Shown here one piece after another: positions 20,543 to 30,060 of a stretch of 64,000 bases of DNA. The notes beneath the pieces were generated by a model. That model was given only the letters and a program-made list of their open reading frames with translations. It made no database searches and was not told the DNA's origin. This stretch comes from an uncultured Pseudomonadota bacterium. GTDB lineage: Bacteria > Oederibacteriota > Muellerivitia > Muellerivitales > Muellerivitaceae. The DNA lies in contig CAWIIP010000004.1 of the NCBI GenBank assembly GCA_963836235.1, forward strand, positions 640,001 through 704,000, read 5' to 3'. How positions within the stretch are numbered: the first letter of the stretch is position 1; each line of letters begins with the position of its first letter. A program made the position numbers and the translations under genes.

Positions 20543-23152
20543 ATGCCACGCATTCGAATCCATCAAGGGACTTTTTTATCCGCACTTTTCTCCCGAAAAC
20601 GATTCCGTTTGGATTGGGTGGCCTGGCCGCTTTTGGCCTGCGGCGTTCTTCTTTTCACTGAACCCGTCCAATCAGCCGTATCTTTATGGCAGTCTCTGCC
20701 GTTGATCACGCAGTCGAGCCTGAGCGCGGGGAATAGTGGTGGGGAAGGCTGCCAGGTGATCCAAAATTTCGCGATCGACACCACGGGCCAATTCCTCATG
20801 ATGGGAACCGATGTGGGTGGGATATTTCGAAGTATTGATGGGGGGGTCAGCTGGCAGCCCGCCGATACGGGATTTACCCCCCGGGGAGCCTGCGCTTTTG
20901 CCATTGATCCCAACAATTCCAACCGGGTGCTGGCGGTGGGGGACAACTCCGCCGCCCAGCCCTGGAACGGCCTCTGGCTCTCTACCGACCAGGCTTCTTC
21001 CTGGACACCGGTTCAGGAAGAAAACTTCCAGGGTTCGGGAACCTATCATGATTCAGCCGCTTTTGACGCCTCCAGCGTGACGGTGTCGGGTGGAGTGACC
21101 TTCAGCGCCGTGGCCTATTGGGTGAATTACTCGGACGGGGGTGGTGGACTGTGGAAATCCACTAACGGCGGCAATAGCTGGAGCAAGATCCAAACCGCCT
21201 ATTCGGATGGTATCGTCAAAGTCAACCCTTCCAGCGGGGCAGTGTACGTGGCCACGGCCAACGGCTTCTATGTCGGCACCCCCGGGGGATCGAGCTTTAC
21301 TCAAGTCGTTACCGGTCCGGTGCTGGGATTGGATGTCATCGCCACCCAGCCGAATAACGTCTACATCAACGAAGCTAACGGTGTCTATGTTTCCACGAAT
21401 TCAGGGCAAAGCTTCACCGAAATGGGCAACACCGGACTGCCTACCAGCGCTTCTCCGGGATTACGTAACCTCAAGGTTAGCCCGGTAAATCCGAACAATA
21501 TGCTCATCGACGAGGATATGGGGACCTATACCTCCCAAAATTATTACTATTCCTCCAATGGTGGTAACAACTGGTCGGCTTGCGCGCTTAACTCTGCCCA
21601 AAGCTTTGTCCCACTCAATACCCGGGAATGGCTCTTTGTTTGGAGCCCTACCAACGCCAACCAGGCCTGGACTTGTGGAGGGGATTTCATCAGCCAAACA
21701 ACCAATGGAGGAGCTAATTTCGCCTGGTCCAGCAATGGGTACAACGACTTTACCTGCACGGGTATTTTTAACTTCAATACCCAAAATCCCAACCTGCTTT
21801 TGGTCACCAGCCAGGACTACAACTCGGCCTTTACCGGGGCGGTTACCAACAGCGCAGTCACATGGGAATATTTGAATGTTTCCGGGCTAGGATGGGGAGG
21901 ATTCAATTACGGGGGTTACGCATTGAGTTCCACGGTGATGGTGGCCGGTAACTCGGTGGCTTGGGGGGCGCCCGCTACCCTGATGGTTTCCACCAATGGG
22001 GGGAGTAGCTTCACCAGCACAGGATTGGTGGGCAACAATACCCAGACGGCTTGTGGGGACCCGGTTAGTGCCACGGTGGCTTTTTGGGACAATTACCGCA
22101 CTATCGATGGAGGAAGCACCTGGCAGGCGATGACCAATTGCGGGGGTGTTTTTACCTATGATTCGAACCCCGCAGGGGCTCATGAGCTATATGGGGCTAA
22201 TGGTTCCATGGTGGTGAAATCCATAGATCATGGGGCTACCTGGACCAACGTGGTGACGGTATCGGGAACGGTAGCGGACTTGGCCTATGATTGGAGCGAC
22301 AACCGGCTCTATATCGTTTCAGGAAGCTCGTTGTTGGAATACAACGGGACATCTACGACGAACCTCTCGGGAGTGCTGGCGGCTGACAACGAGGGGAACC
22401 AGAGTGTAGTCTCGGTGGCGGTGGACCCGGTAAATCCCACCATTGTTTATGCGGCCTGGAACGGTGGAAGTTATATGTCAAACCAGGCTATTCGCTATTC
22501 GGTGAACGCGGGAGCGACCTGGAGCACGCTGACCAAACAGCCGGGCGACACGGGGATGGATGGAGGCAGAGAGTCGGCCTGTGTGAGGGTCAACCCGTTG
22601 ACCCGCTACCTTTATTCCACCGGGAGCTGTTTTGGGGTCTGGAAATACCCGCCCCCGGTTTCCGGGTCGCCGACTCCCAGCGCTACACCAACACCCACCA
22701 ACTTAGGTGGTTTTACCTCTACACTCACACCGACGAAAACATCAACCATTACCTCTACTCCGACCCAAACCTTTACAGCTACTTCAACCATTACACCAAC
22801 GCCTACCAATTTATACGGTTATACTTCCACGCCGACACCCAATCCGGTGCTTGTTTCCGTGGGCCCCGTGGGTGTCCCCATCGTTTTTCCCAACCCGATA
22901 ACGAGTTCGGGCCAACCGACCCAAGCTCAAATTTATTTTAAAAACAGCGCTCATTACGGCCGCCTAGAAATATTTACCGTAAACTTTCGAAAGGTGGAAG
23001 AAGTTTATATTGGGGATGTCAACCCGGGAACCATAACAGTGTCTTTATCCCTGGCCGATAGCGGAGGGATATCTTTAGGGAATGGCCTGTATTATCTTGT
23101 CGCCAGGGATTCCGCGGGGCAGGCGATAGGGAAGATGTTGATTCTGCGCTGA
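20543..23152 (+). CDS. Secreted GH74-like beta-propeller, copy 2, with Pro/Thr linker and T9SS-like C-terminal domain
   Basis: Paralog of 18115..20214 (GGEGCQVIQNFAID, NNTQTACGDP); GTDVGG motif; PT-rich linker; C-terminus VFPNP...GNGLYY...GKMLILR. Confidence 0.75.
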   Translation: MPRIRIHQGTFLSALFSRKRFRLDWVAWPLLACGVLLFTEPVQSAVSLWQSLPLITQSSLSAGNSGGEGCQVIQNFAIDTTGQFLMMGTDVGGIFRSIDGGVSWQPADTGFTPRGACAFAIDPNNSNRVLAVGDNSAAQPWNGLWLSTDQASSWTPVQEENFQGSGTYHDSAAFDASSVTVSGGVTFSAVAYWVNYSDGGGGLWKSTNGGNSWSKIQTAYSDGIVKVNPSSGAVYVATANGFYVGTPGGSSFTQVVTGPVLGLDVIATQPNNVYINEANGVYVSTNSGQSFTEMGNTGLPTSASPGLRNLKVSPVNPNNMLIDEDMGTYTSQNYYYSSNGGNNWSACALNSAQSFVPLNTREWLFVWSPTNANQAWTCGGDFISQTTNGGANFAWSSNGYNDFTCTGIFNFNTQNPNLLLVTSQDYNSAFTGAVTNSAVTWEYLNVSGLGWGGFNYGGYALSSTVMVAGNSVAWGAPATLMVSTNGGSSFTSTGLVGNNTQTACGDPVSATVAFWDNYRTIDGGSTWQAMTNCGGVFTYDSNPAGAHELYGANGSMVVKSIDHGATWTNVVTVSGTVADLAYDWSDNRLYIVSGSSLLEYNGTSTTNLSGVLAADNEGNQSVVSVAVDPVNPTIVYAAWNGGSYMSNQAIRYSVNAGATWSTLTKQPGDTGMDGGRESACVRVNPLTRYLYSTGSCFGVWKYPPPVSGSPTPSATPTPTNLGGFTSTLTPTKTSTITSTPTQTFTATSTITPTPTNLYGYTSTPTPNPVLVSVGPVGVPIVFPNPITSSGQPTQAQIYFKNSAHYGRLEIFTVNFRKVEEVYIGDVNPGTITVSLSLADSGGISLGNGLYYLVARDSAGQAIGKMLILR

Positions 23153-23181
23153 TAGCCTAGTTCGGACAATAGTTTTTGAAA

Positions 23182-23207
23182 TAAATTGAAGGGACCCCTT
23201 CAATTTA
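23182..23207. terminator. Inverted repeat between convergent genes, probable bidirectional terminator
   Basis: TAAATTGAAGGG-AC-CCCTTCAATTTA, perfect 12-bp arms. Confidence 0.6.
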
Positions 23208-23450
23208 AGGAAGAACACGAAAGAAGCGAGAATTGACGACGTTGTATAAATCCCCAATGGTAGGACTTTTCAAGATGTCTTCGCCTTCAATGGAGACGCC
23301 ATACTCCTGATCGACCATGGTGATGATGGATAAAGCCGTCAGCGAATCCCAACCACCGATTTCATCAAGACTGGTTTGCAAGGTCGCGTTTTTAACGTTG
23401 GTTCCGTCGAATTGAGCCAGGATGTTTTTAATGAAAAGTTCGGTATCCAC
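23205..23450 (-). CDS. Acyl/aminoacyl carrier protein
   Basis: 81 aa and acidic; GWDSL phosphopantetheine motif; TIGDL helix; GAGGTG RBS before GTG. Confidence 0.85.
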   Translation of the reverse strand: MDTELFIKNILAQFDGTNVKNATLQTSLDEIGGWDSLTALSIITMVDQEYGVSIEGEDILKSPTIGDLYNVVNSRFFRVLP

Positions 23451-23845
23451 TTTCTCACCTCAAAAAGAGCCGGTTAATTTGGAATCTTTGCCAAAATTCT
23501 AAAGATGGACTCCACGCCTGCGGTTTTCCCCGGCGGGTAAAAATTAATATAACCTAATAAACACCAAAGATCGCCATGTATGGGAAAAACCCTATCAAGA
23601 ATTAGCAAGACTTGATCTTTATAATGACTTTGGTAAAAAATGTAAACCAAAGAGTTATCCGCTTGTCCAAAAGGTCATTGGCAATAATGGGCTTGATCAA
23701 AGCCCCCTGTGTGGAATGGTTGACCTGGAAATATTTCAGCCGCCACCGAACGCTTTTATTTTGGAAAATAAGTTCACAGTGGGCGGGGGTTAAAAAATCT
23801 TGTGTCATATGACTTTTAAAGGACCAAAAAAAACGGGGGCAGGCC

Positions 23846-25444
23846 ATGCGCGATGACAGAGAAAATCACGGGGAAATAAGTGAAAAAAATAAAGAACTTT
23901 GGGAAAACTACAATAAGACGGATGAGGATATCCCGCACGAAACATTACATGGGATGTTTTCCAGGCAGGCAAAAAGGACTCCCGATAAAGTTGCCGTGAT
24001 AAATGAAGGAGAAACTATAACCTTCATCGAATTAGACAAAAGATCCAACCAGGTTGCGAGGTATTTGAAGAATCGTGGAATTGGCAGGCATGGTTATGTG
24101 GGAATTCTGGTTGGGAGGCGCATCGGGACCATTGTAAACATTATGGGCGCTTTGAAAGCGGGATCGGCCTATGTGCCGATCGAGCCCGATTATCCAATCG
24201 ACCGGAGAGATTTCATATTGAGCGATAGTGGATGCCATTGTTTGCTAGAACCTGAGTTTTACGAAGCGAACCATTTGAAAGAATATGAATATTCGGAGAT
24301 TACCCAAAACGAATATCCTGAGGATGTGGCCTACGTCATTTATACATCCGGAAGCACCGGTAGGCCTAAAGGGGTCGTAATTAAACACGACGCGGTGTGC
24401 AATACGATCATCGATCTCAATCAAAAATACAAAGTGGGCGAAAAAGACCGGATGATTGGGCTGTCTTCCATGTGTTTCGATTTATCGGTTTACGATATAT
24501 TCGGGTCATTGGCGAGCGGAGCCACCTTGGTTCAAATCCCCAATCTCCTGGATATCACTCGCGTTCAAAAAGTTGTCGAAAATGGGGAAATAACGGTATG
24601 GAACTCGGTCCCGGCCATCATGGAGCTGTTGATTGAGACCAATGGGAAAAAGACGAGAGACATCAATTATTGGGAAGCGCCTCCTGATAGCGGTAGGGTG
24701 ATTAAATATAAAATGAACGAAAATATGAGACTGGTTATGATGAGCGGCGACTGGATTCCATTGAGCCTGCCAGACAAAGTCAAAGCTGAGTTTCCAATCG
24801 CGGAAGTCATCAGTTTAGGTGGGGCGACCGAAGCATCCATCTGGTCCATCTATTTTCCGATTGCGGAAGTTCGGAAAGAATGGAAAAGCATCCCTTATGG
24901 AATTCCTTTGGCGAACCAAAAATTTTATGTTCTGAACGAAGCGATGGAGTTGAGCCCTTCAGGCGAGATGGGAGAATTGTATATCGGGGGAGTTGGAGTA
25001 GCGGAAGGCTATCTTAATTCCGAAGAAAAGACCAGGAACGCTTTTATGGTTCATAAGGAATATGGTAAGTTATATCGGACGGGAGATTACGGAGTTTTGC
25101 GCTCTGAAGGATATATTGAGTTTCTAGGACGAAAAGACAGCCAAGTCAAAATCAGGGGCCACCGGATAGAGCTTGGGGAAATCGAGAACGTTCTTAATCA
25201 GAAAGAGGGCGTCAAAAACTCAATTGTTGCTGACCGGGTGGACCCCACGGGCCGTAAATACCTGGTAGCTTATGTTGTGCAAGAGGGGAAATTAGACAAG
25301 GAAGAATTCAGCGGCTATCTGAGCAAATCATTACCCGAATATATGGTTCCGACATTTTATGTGAAAGTGGATCAAATTCCGCTTTCGTCGAATGGAAAAG
25401 TGGACAGAAAAGCTTTGCCGGATATAGAGGTTTCGCCGGAGTAA
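23846..25444 (+). CDS. Stand-alone NRPS adenylation domain, predicted Cys-activating
   Basis: YVIYTSGSTGRPKG, FDLSVYD, SLGGATEASIW, GELYIGG, YRTGD and NGKVDRKAL motifs; no C/Cy or PCP domain. Confidence 0.9.
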   Translation: MRDDRENHGEISEKNKELWENYNKTDEDIPHETLHGMFSRQAKRTPDKVAVINEGETITFIELDKRSNQVARYLKNRGIGRHGYVGILVGRRIGTIVNIMGALKAGSAYVPIEPDYPIDRRDFILSDSGCHCLLEPEFYEANHLKEYEYSEITQNEYPEDVAYVIYTSGSTGRPKGVVIKHDAVCNTIIDLNQKYKVGEKDRMIGLSSMCFDLSVYDIFGSLASGATLVQIPNLLDITRVQKVVENGEITVWNSVPAIMELLIETNGKKTRDINYWEAPPDSGRVIKYKMNENMRLVMMSGDWIPLSLPDKVKAEFPIAEVISLGGATEASIWSIYFPIAEVRKEWKSIPYGIPLANQKFYVLNEAMELSPSGEMGELYIGGVGVAEGYLNSEEKTRNAFMVHKEYGKLYRTGDYGVLRSEGYIEFLGRKDSQVKIRGHRIELGEIENVLNQKEGVKNSIVADRVDPTGRKYLVAYVVQEGKLDKEEFSGYLSKSLPEYMVPTFYVKVDQIPLSSNGKVDRKALPDIEVSPE

Positions 25445-25467
25445 GCCGAAGGAACGGCTTTGCTTTT
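25443..25467 (+). terminator. Possible intrinsic terminator after the A-domain gene
   Basis: AAGCCG-AAGGAA-CGGCTT followed by TGCTTTT. Confidence 0.35.
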
Positions 25468-25615
25468 CGCGTTCCCGAAATTCAGGCATTGAATATAAAA
25501 TGATCATCGAGTCTGACGCCTGTCAAAGCGGTGCTGGGTTGGGCGAAGAGGGTCATTGGGAATAGGTTTAATAAAGGAATGGTCTTAGTAAGTGCCTCAT
25601 CGTCAAGGGAATGAA

Positions 25616-26596
25616 ATGGAAAAAAACGGAAAATATTTCTGGTCGCCCTCGGTTCGATGGAAAAAAACCGATAACGAAATTCGAATAGAGATCTTTTCTT
25701 ATTCGGGATTTGTGAGTGATTTATTCCCCGACTTTTATTTTTTAACCCAAAACGGAATAATGATTGAGGAATTAATCAGCAAGTATTCTTACGTCGGTAA
25801 AAATAAATTTACCCTTTTTTTAAAGGATTTGATAAAGAAGAAAATCCTCGTAAAAGGTGTTTTGACACCCCAAGAAATATTTTATCCTCAAAGTTACCTT
25901 TTTAATAAAGATGGCGCGAAAAAGGGTCGTCCCGAGCCGTATAATTCGGTTGAAAAACAGCCCGGCGGGGAACGCGGTTTTGAAAACGAAAAAAAAATTA
26001 TTCTGAAACACAATCATGAATTCCCGGACATTATCAGCCAACGCAGAACTTGTAGAACTTTTGATCAAAATCGTGTTGTGGACGAAAATGCTTTTTCGAA
26101 TCTTCTAGCCGTTTTTAGCCAAGTCAAAAATGGCGAAAATATCCGGTATTATTACGCGAGTTCCGGTAGTTCTTATCCTATTGATGTGTATGTTTACGTC
26201 AAAAAGGACCGGGTCGAGAATGTTGCCGGAGGTTTGTATGATTATAAACCTGCCGATAACAGCCTGAATTTAGTGAATGACACGTTTGAGATTCCCAAAA
26301 ACGCGCATTATTTCACCAATCAAAATATTTATCTTGGATCAGCCTTCTCGATTTTCTTTATTTTCAACGCCGAAGCGACCATGCCGAAATATGGCGGAAT
26401 CGGATATTTTTACGGATTGATAGAAACCGGAATCATGGTGAGCACGATGACATGTATTGCCGAAGCGAACGGGATTGGAATATGTTCTATTGGCGACATG
26501 AATTTCAAAAAGATAGAAAAATATTTCAATTTGAATGAAAAGCAGGTTCATATCCATACGGTTGAAGCGGGTTTGAAGGAAAAAGAGAATAAATAA
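25616..26596 (+). CDS. SagB/ThcOx-family FMN-dependent oxidase (NRPS Ox-domain-like nitroreductase fold)
   Basis: RRTCRTF, YASSGSSYPIDVY, GGLYDY, ETG...GICSIG; ATG 25616 follows AAGGGA. Confidence 0.8.
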   Translation: MEKNGKYFWSPSVRWKKTDNEIRIEIFSYSGFVSDLFPDFYFLTQNGIMIEELISKYSYVGKNKFTLFLKDLIKKKILVKGVLTPQEIFYPQSYLFNKDGAKKGRPEPYNSVEKQPGGERGFENEKKIILKHNHEFPDIISQRRTCRTFDQNRVVDENAFSNLLAVFSQVKNGENIRYYYASSGSSYPIDVYVYVKKDRVENVAGGLYDYKPADNSLNLVNDTFEIPKNAHYFTNQNIYLGSAFSIFFIFNAEATMPKYGGIGYFYGLIETGIMVSTMTCIAEANGIGICSIGDMNFKKIEKYFNLNEKQVHIHTVEAGLKEKENK

Positions 26597-26825
26597 GACG
26601 GTTGGAGGCGCCTTCCCGCTATAGGGAATTTCACGCTGCAATGAATGGACATCCAACTGGTTCAAAAGCCAAACGCTTATTTGCCGCGAGGTTAATCGAA
26701 CTGGTTTAGTTTTTTCATCTTAAAGGAGTTCGTGCCAACGCGGGTTTCGCCAATTTTGCGCCAACCTAAATGAGGGTTCTTGTCTTCTGCGCGAAGCGGT
26801 TTTTCTCGTGCACAGAAAGGGTAAA

Positions 26826-27590
26826 ATGTTCCAAAGGTTTGTTCTTTTTTTAAAGTATGTTTTAAATATTCCCCTGCGCCCCCAATCCCGCGCGAGGAAG
26901 ATATGTCTTCTTCTGCGCGCGATACCGAAGACCCTTTACTTTAATTTCAAATATTTCGATTTCAAGAACGCCATCCGGTTTCCGGTTTGGATTTCCCACC
27001 GGGTCCACCTAATGCACATGGGAGGAACCGTGGTCATTGATGCGCCGGTCCAATTCGGAATGGTCCGGATCGGGTTCGCCGAGAACAATTTGTCCAATGT
27101 CGAATTTGACAGGAATGTCTGGGATGTTTGGGGAAAGGTCGTTTTCAAGGGCCGGCTGGTCATGGGCCTTGGCAACAAGATAACGGTCCCGCTCCAGGAA
27201 GCCATCCTTACTTTCGGTTCAAATAATCTGATCAACGTTAACAACCAGTTTTGTTGTGCCAAATCCATCACTTTCGGCGACTATTTGCGCGTAGGATGGG
27301 AAAATATATTTATGGACACGGCTTACCACAACATCAAATCCAAAGGAAAAATATTGAATCCCCCCCGGCCCATCCTCGTTGGAAATCATGTTTGGATCAC
27401 GACCCGTTGCGGAATTTTCCAGGGAACCGAATTAGCGGATGAGTCTATCGTCGCCTATGGCAGCCTCTTATCCTGGAAATATACTAAACCCAAATCCATA
27501 ATTTCTGGCTATCCCGGCCGGGTTGTTCTCGAAGGGGTAGAACATGATGAGCTTCCGATGGAGTATTTCCAAACCCATCTTGTTGAATGA
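26826..27590 (+). CDS. Hexapeptide-repeat acyltransferase of the capsule-locus type
   Basis: PKTLYFNFKYF N-terminus; FMDTAYH, ILVGNHVWI, IVAYGS and SGYPG left-handed beta-helix motifs. Confidence 0.75.
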   Translation: MFQRFVLFLKYVLNIPLRPQSRARKICLLLRAIPKTLYFNFKYFDFKNAIRFPVWISHRVHLMHMGGTVVIDAPVQFGMVRIGFAENNLSNVEFDRNVWDVWGKVVFKGRLVMGLGNKITVPLQEAILTFGSNNLINVNNQFCCAKSITFGDYLRVGWENIFMDTAYHNIKSKGKILNPPRPILVGNHVWITTRCGIFQGTELADESIVAYGSLLSWKYTKPKSIISGYPGRVVLEGVEHDELPMEYFQTHLVE

Positions 27591-27939
27591 CCCGATCATT
27601 TGTCGCGGTGGAGATGAGTGGCGATTGAAAAGAGGGCTAAGCCACGAACCATATTTGAGTATAAAAAATGAAAATGGCTATTTCATAAATAAATTATGAT
27701 TCAATTTGGGAAAGCTGAAACAAGTATAACAAAAGAGTTAGAAACCAGAATAACAACGATGAATTTGCCCCTCCTAAGCGAAAATTAAACTATTGAGCTG
27801 AAACGACAGAAACAAAAATCATTTTTAGTTTTTCGGTTTCCTTGTCCTAATTTTATTACTGTGATAACCTATCGGTTCTCGATTAACCTAAAAGTAACTA
27901 TGGTTAAACAGTAAAGGAACCCTGACTTTTAAGTCGTTT

Positions 27940-30060
27940 ATGAAACAAAATCAGATTTTTTTTAGGACTTTTTGCACCAAAGACATTCGCTCCTTTTCAG
28001 TGGCAGTTGCCCTGTTGTGCTTGTTTTTTTTTAGCCCCTATAAATCCTTAGCTCAAGATTCACCAACTGATACTCCAACGGATACGGCTACCGACACAGC
28101 GACACCTACTCCCATCTTCACTGACACTCCAACTGACAGCCCAACTTTCACTACCACGCTCACTACTACAAACACTCCCATCTTCACCGACACTCCAACC
28201 GACAGCCCAACTTTTACTACTACGTTCACTACTACAAACACTCCCATTTTCACCGACACGCCAACCGAGAGCCCAACTTTCACTACCACGTCTACTGCTA
28301 CTAACACTCCAATCTTCACCGATACTGCTTCTTCTACCCCGAGCCAGACATCGACTAATACCTTTGTCAACACAGCGACCTTAACACCCAGCTCAACCGC
28401 TATCAATACTCCGACTAATACTCCGGTTAATACCGGTACTCCGACGCAAACACCTACGAGGACCAGAACGTCGACCCCTTCCGCTACCTCGACGAAATCA
28501 CCAACTAGTACTCGCACCGGCACTCCGACCCACACCGGTACCCCGACTCAAACGGGGACACCCACGGGAACCTTCACCAAAACGCCCACGAGTACTATTA
28601 CCCTTACAGAAACTCAGACCCCAACATCCACAGTTACTAATTCACCGTCGAATACCCCGGCAAATACGGCTACTACGACAGCCACACCCACGAATAGCGG
28701 AACTCCTACTCCAAGTTCCACCCCCACGAATAGCGCGACCGCTTCCGATACTTCCACTACGACGGATACACCGACTGATAGCGGAACGCCAACCCCGAGT
28801 GGAACTCCTACTAATAGCGCGACAGCTTCCCCTACGTTTACGCCGACTTTTTCGGCTACAACGACACCAACCTCAACGGTCAGCGATACTCCGACCAATA
28901 CGACAACAAACACAACTACTAACACACCTACGGCTACTCAGACACCCATTTCGGGCGGGAATCTTTCTATTATTAATAACCTGACACAACCGGTTACCTT
29001 GACGAACTTTGGTATAAACAATTTAACTGTTATTTTCCCAACTTGCGCGTTCACTGCTGGACAATTGCCAGTGACGATCACGGTTAGTCAATTTAACGTT
29101 AGCGCGGCACCGGCAACTCAAAACGTGAATCTTGCTCAATTTCTTCCGTCGTCGGTTTTTCTCATAAACACGGGCGGTGCTGAACCAAGTTGTTACGTCT
29201 CCCTTACTTTTCCTTATAACCCTTCTGAATTAGGGAGTTCACCTACTTCAAATTTGGAGGTCGTTTATTTTAATGGATCGGCATGGATTAGTGTTCCCGG
29301 CCCTGTTATAAATACCGTTAACGATACGGCGATGGTAAGCGTTAATGCTTCTCTTTCCACTTGGTGGGCAGTGGCCGTATCTGTTGTGGCTACCAATACG
29401 CCTACGGCTACAGCTACAAGCACCATTACGGACACATTTACACCAACCAGTTCTCCAACAAATACAACTACTTTCACGCCCACAAGTACTTTCTCGAATA
29501 CACCTACGGCTACAGTTACCAGCACGGTTACCGATACTCCGACAGCTAGCGATTCACCAACCCCAACAGACACTTTCATGTATTCTCCTACTAATACTGC
29601 CACAAGCACTGTTACCGATACTCCGACTTCTACCAATACATCTACTAGTTCTGCGACACTCACCAGTACTCCCACTAGTACCGTAACGCTTTCAGCGACA
29701 CCGACTATATCCTCTACCAGCACGGCCACTTTAACTCGTACAACCACTGAAACGGTTACGCCGACTCCCATCCTTACGCCCAATATCGTTTATCTTAGTT
29801 CCAACACAGTTAATTCTATTAGCGGTCCTCCTCTCAACATCCAATTTAGTACAACTAACGGCGTCCCAACCGGGATCACCATCCACGGTTCTTCCGGTCG
29901 CATTATTCGTCACTTGCCCATTCTCACAGGTACCTCCAACGTTAATTGGGATGGCAAGGATGATAGTGGCTCGCCTGTGTCTACCGGTATTTACCTAATT
30001 GCAGTTCATGAAGCGAACGGTAAGCCTGTCTTCCGGAAAGTGGCGGCATTGAAAGAATGA
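27940..30060 (+). CDS. Secreted Thr/Pro/Ser-rich mucin-like protein with small central domain and C-terminal FlgD-Ig/T9SS-like domain
   Basis: Signal peptide ending SLAQ; two long TPT tracts; C-terminal [16 protein letters not shown]...RKVAALKE. Confidence 0.8.
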   Translation: MKQNQIFFRTFCTKDIRSFSVAVALLCLFFFSPYKSLAQDSPTDTPTDTATDTATPTPIFTDTPTDSPTFTTTLTTTNTPIFTDTPTDSPTFTTTFTTTNTPIFTDTPTESPTFTTTSTATNTPIFTDTASSTPSQTSTNTFVNTATLTPSSTAINTPTNTPVNTGTPTQTPTRTRTSTPSATSTKSPTSTRTGTPTHTGTPTQTGTPTGTFTKTPTSTITLTETQTPTSTVTNSPSNTPANTATTTATPTNSGTPTPSSTPTNSATASDTSTTTDTPTDSGTPTPSGTPTNSATASPTFTPTFSATTTPTSTVSDTPTNTTTNTTTNTPTATQTPISGGNLSIINNLTQPVTLTNFGINNLTVIFPTCAFTAGQLPVTITVSQFNVSAAPATQNVNLAQFLPSSVFLINTGGAEPSCYVSLTFPYNPSELGSSPTSNLEVVYFNGSAWISVPGPVINTVNDTAMVSVNASLSTWWAVAVSVVATNTPTATATSTITDTFTPTSSPTNTTTFTPTSTFSNTPTATVTSTVTDTPTASDSPTPTDTFMYSPTNTATSTVTDTPTSTNTSTSSATLTSTPTSTVTLSATPTISSTSTATLTRTTTETVTPTPILTPNIVYLSSNTVNSISGPPLNIQFSTTNGVPTGITIHGSSGRIIRHLPILTGTSNVNWDGKDDSGSPVSTGIYLIAVHEANGKPVFRKVAALKE
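28108..28326 (+). repeat. 66-bp coding tandem repeat, 3 copies plus a partial fourth
   Basis: Unit close to [22 protein letters not shown], starting at 28108, 28174, 28240 and 28306. Confidence 0.9.

Noticed and set aside
18115-23152. Paralog pair as a diversity-generating retroelement TR/VR pair
   Set aside because: Divergence is spread over all bases and the whole gene length, and no reverse transcriptase is present.
23602-23847. Small ORFs near the oxidase as RiPP (TOMM) precursor peptides
   Set aside because: No Cys/Ser/Thr-rich core, no convincing RBS and no YcaO in the window.
28053-29783. Val/Gly-rich minus-strand ORFs and a possible CRISPR-like periodicity
   Set aside because: They are the reverse complement of Thr/Pro codons. 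The repeat is in-frame, degenerate at third positions, has no spacers, and no cas genes are present.
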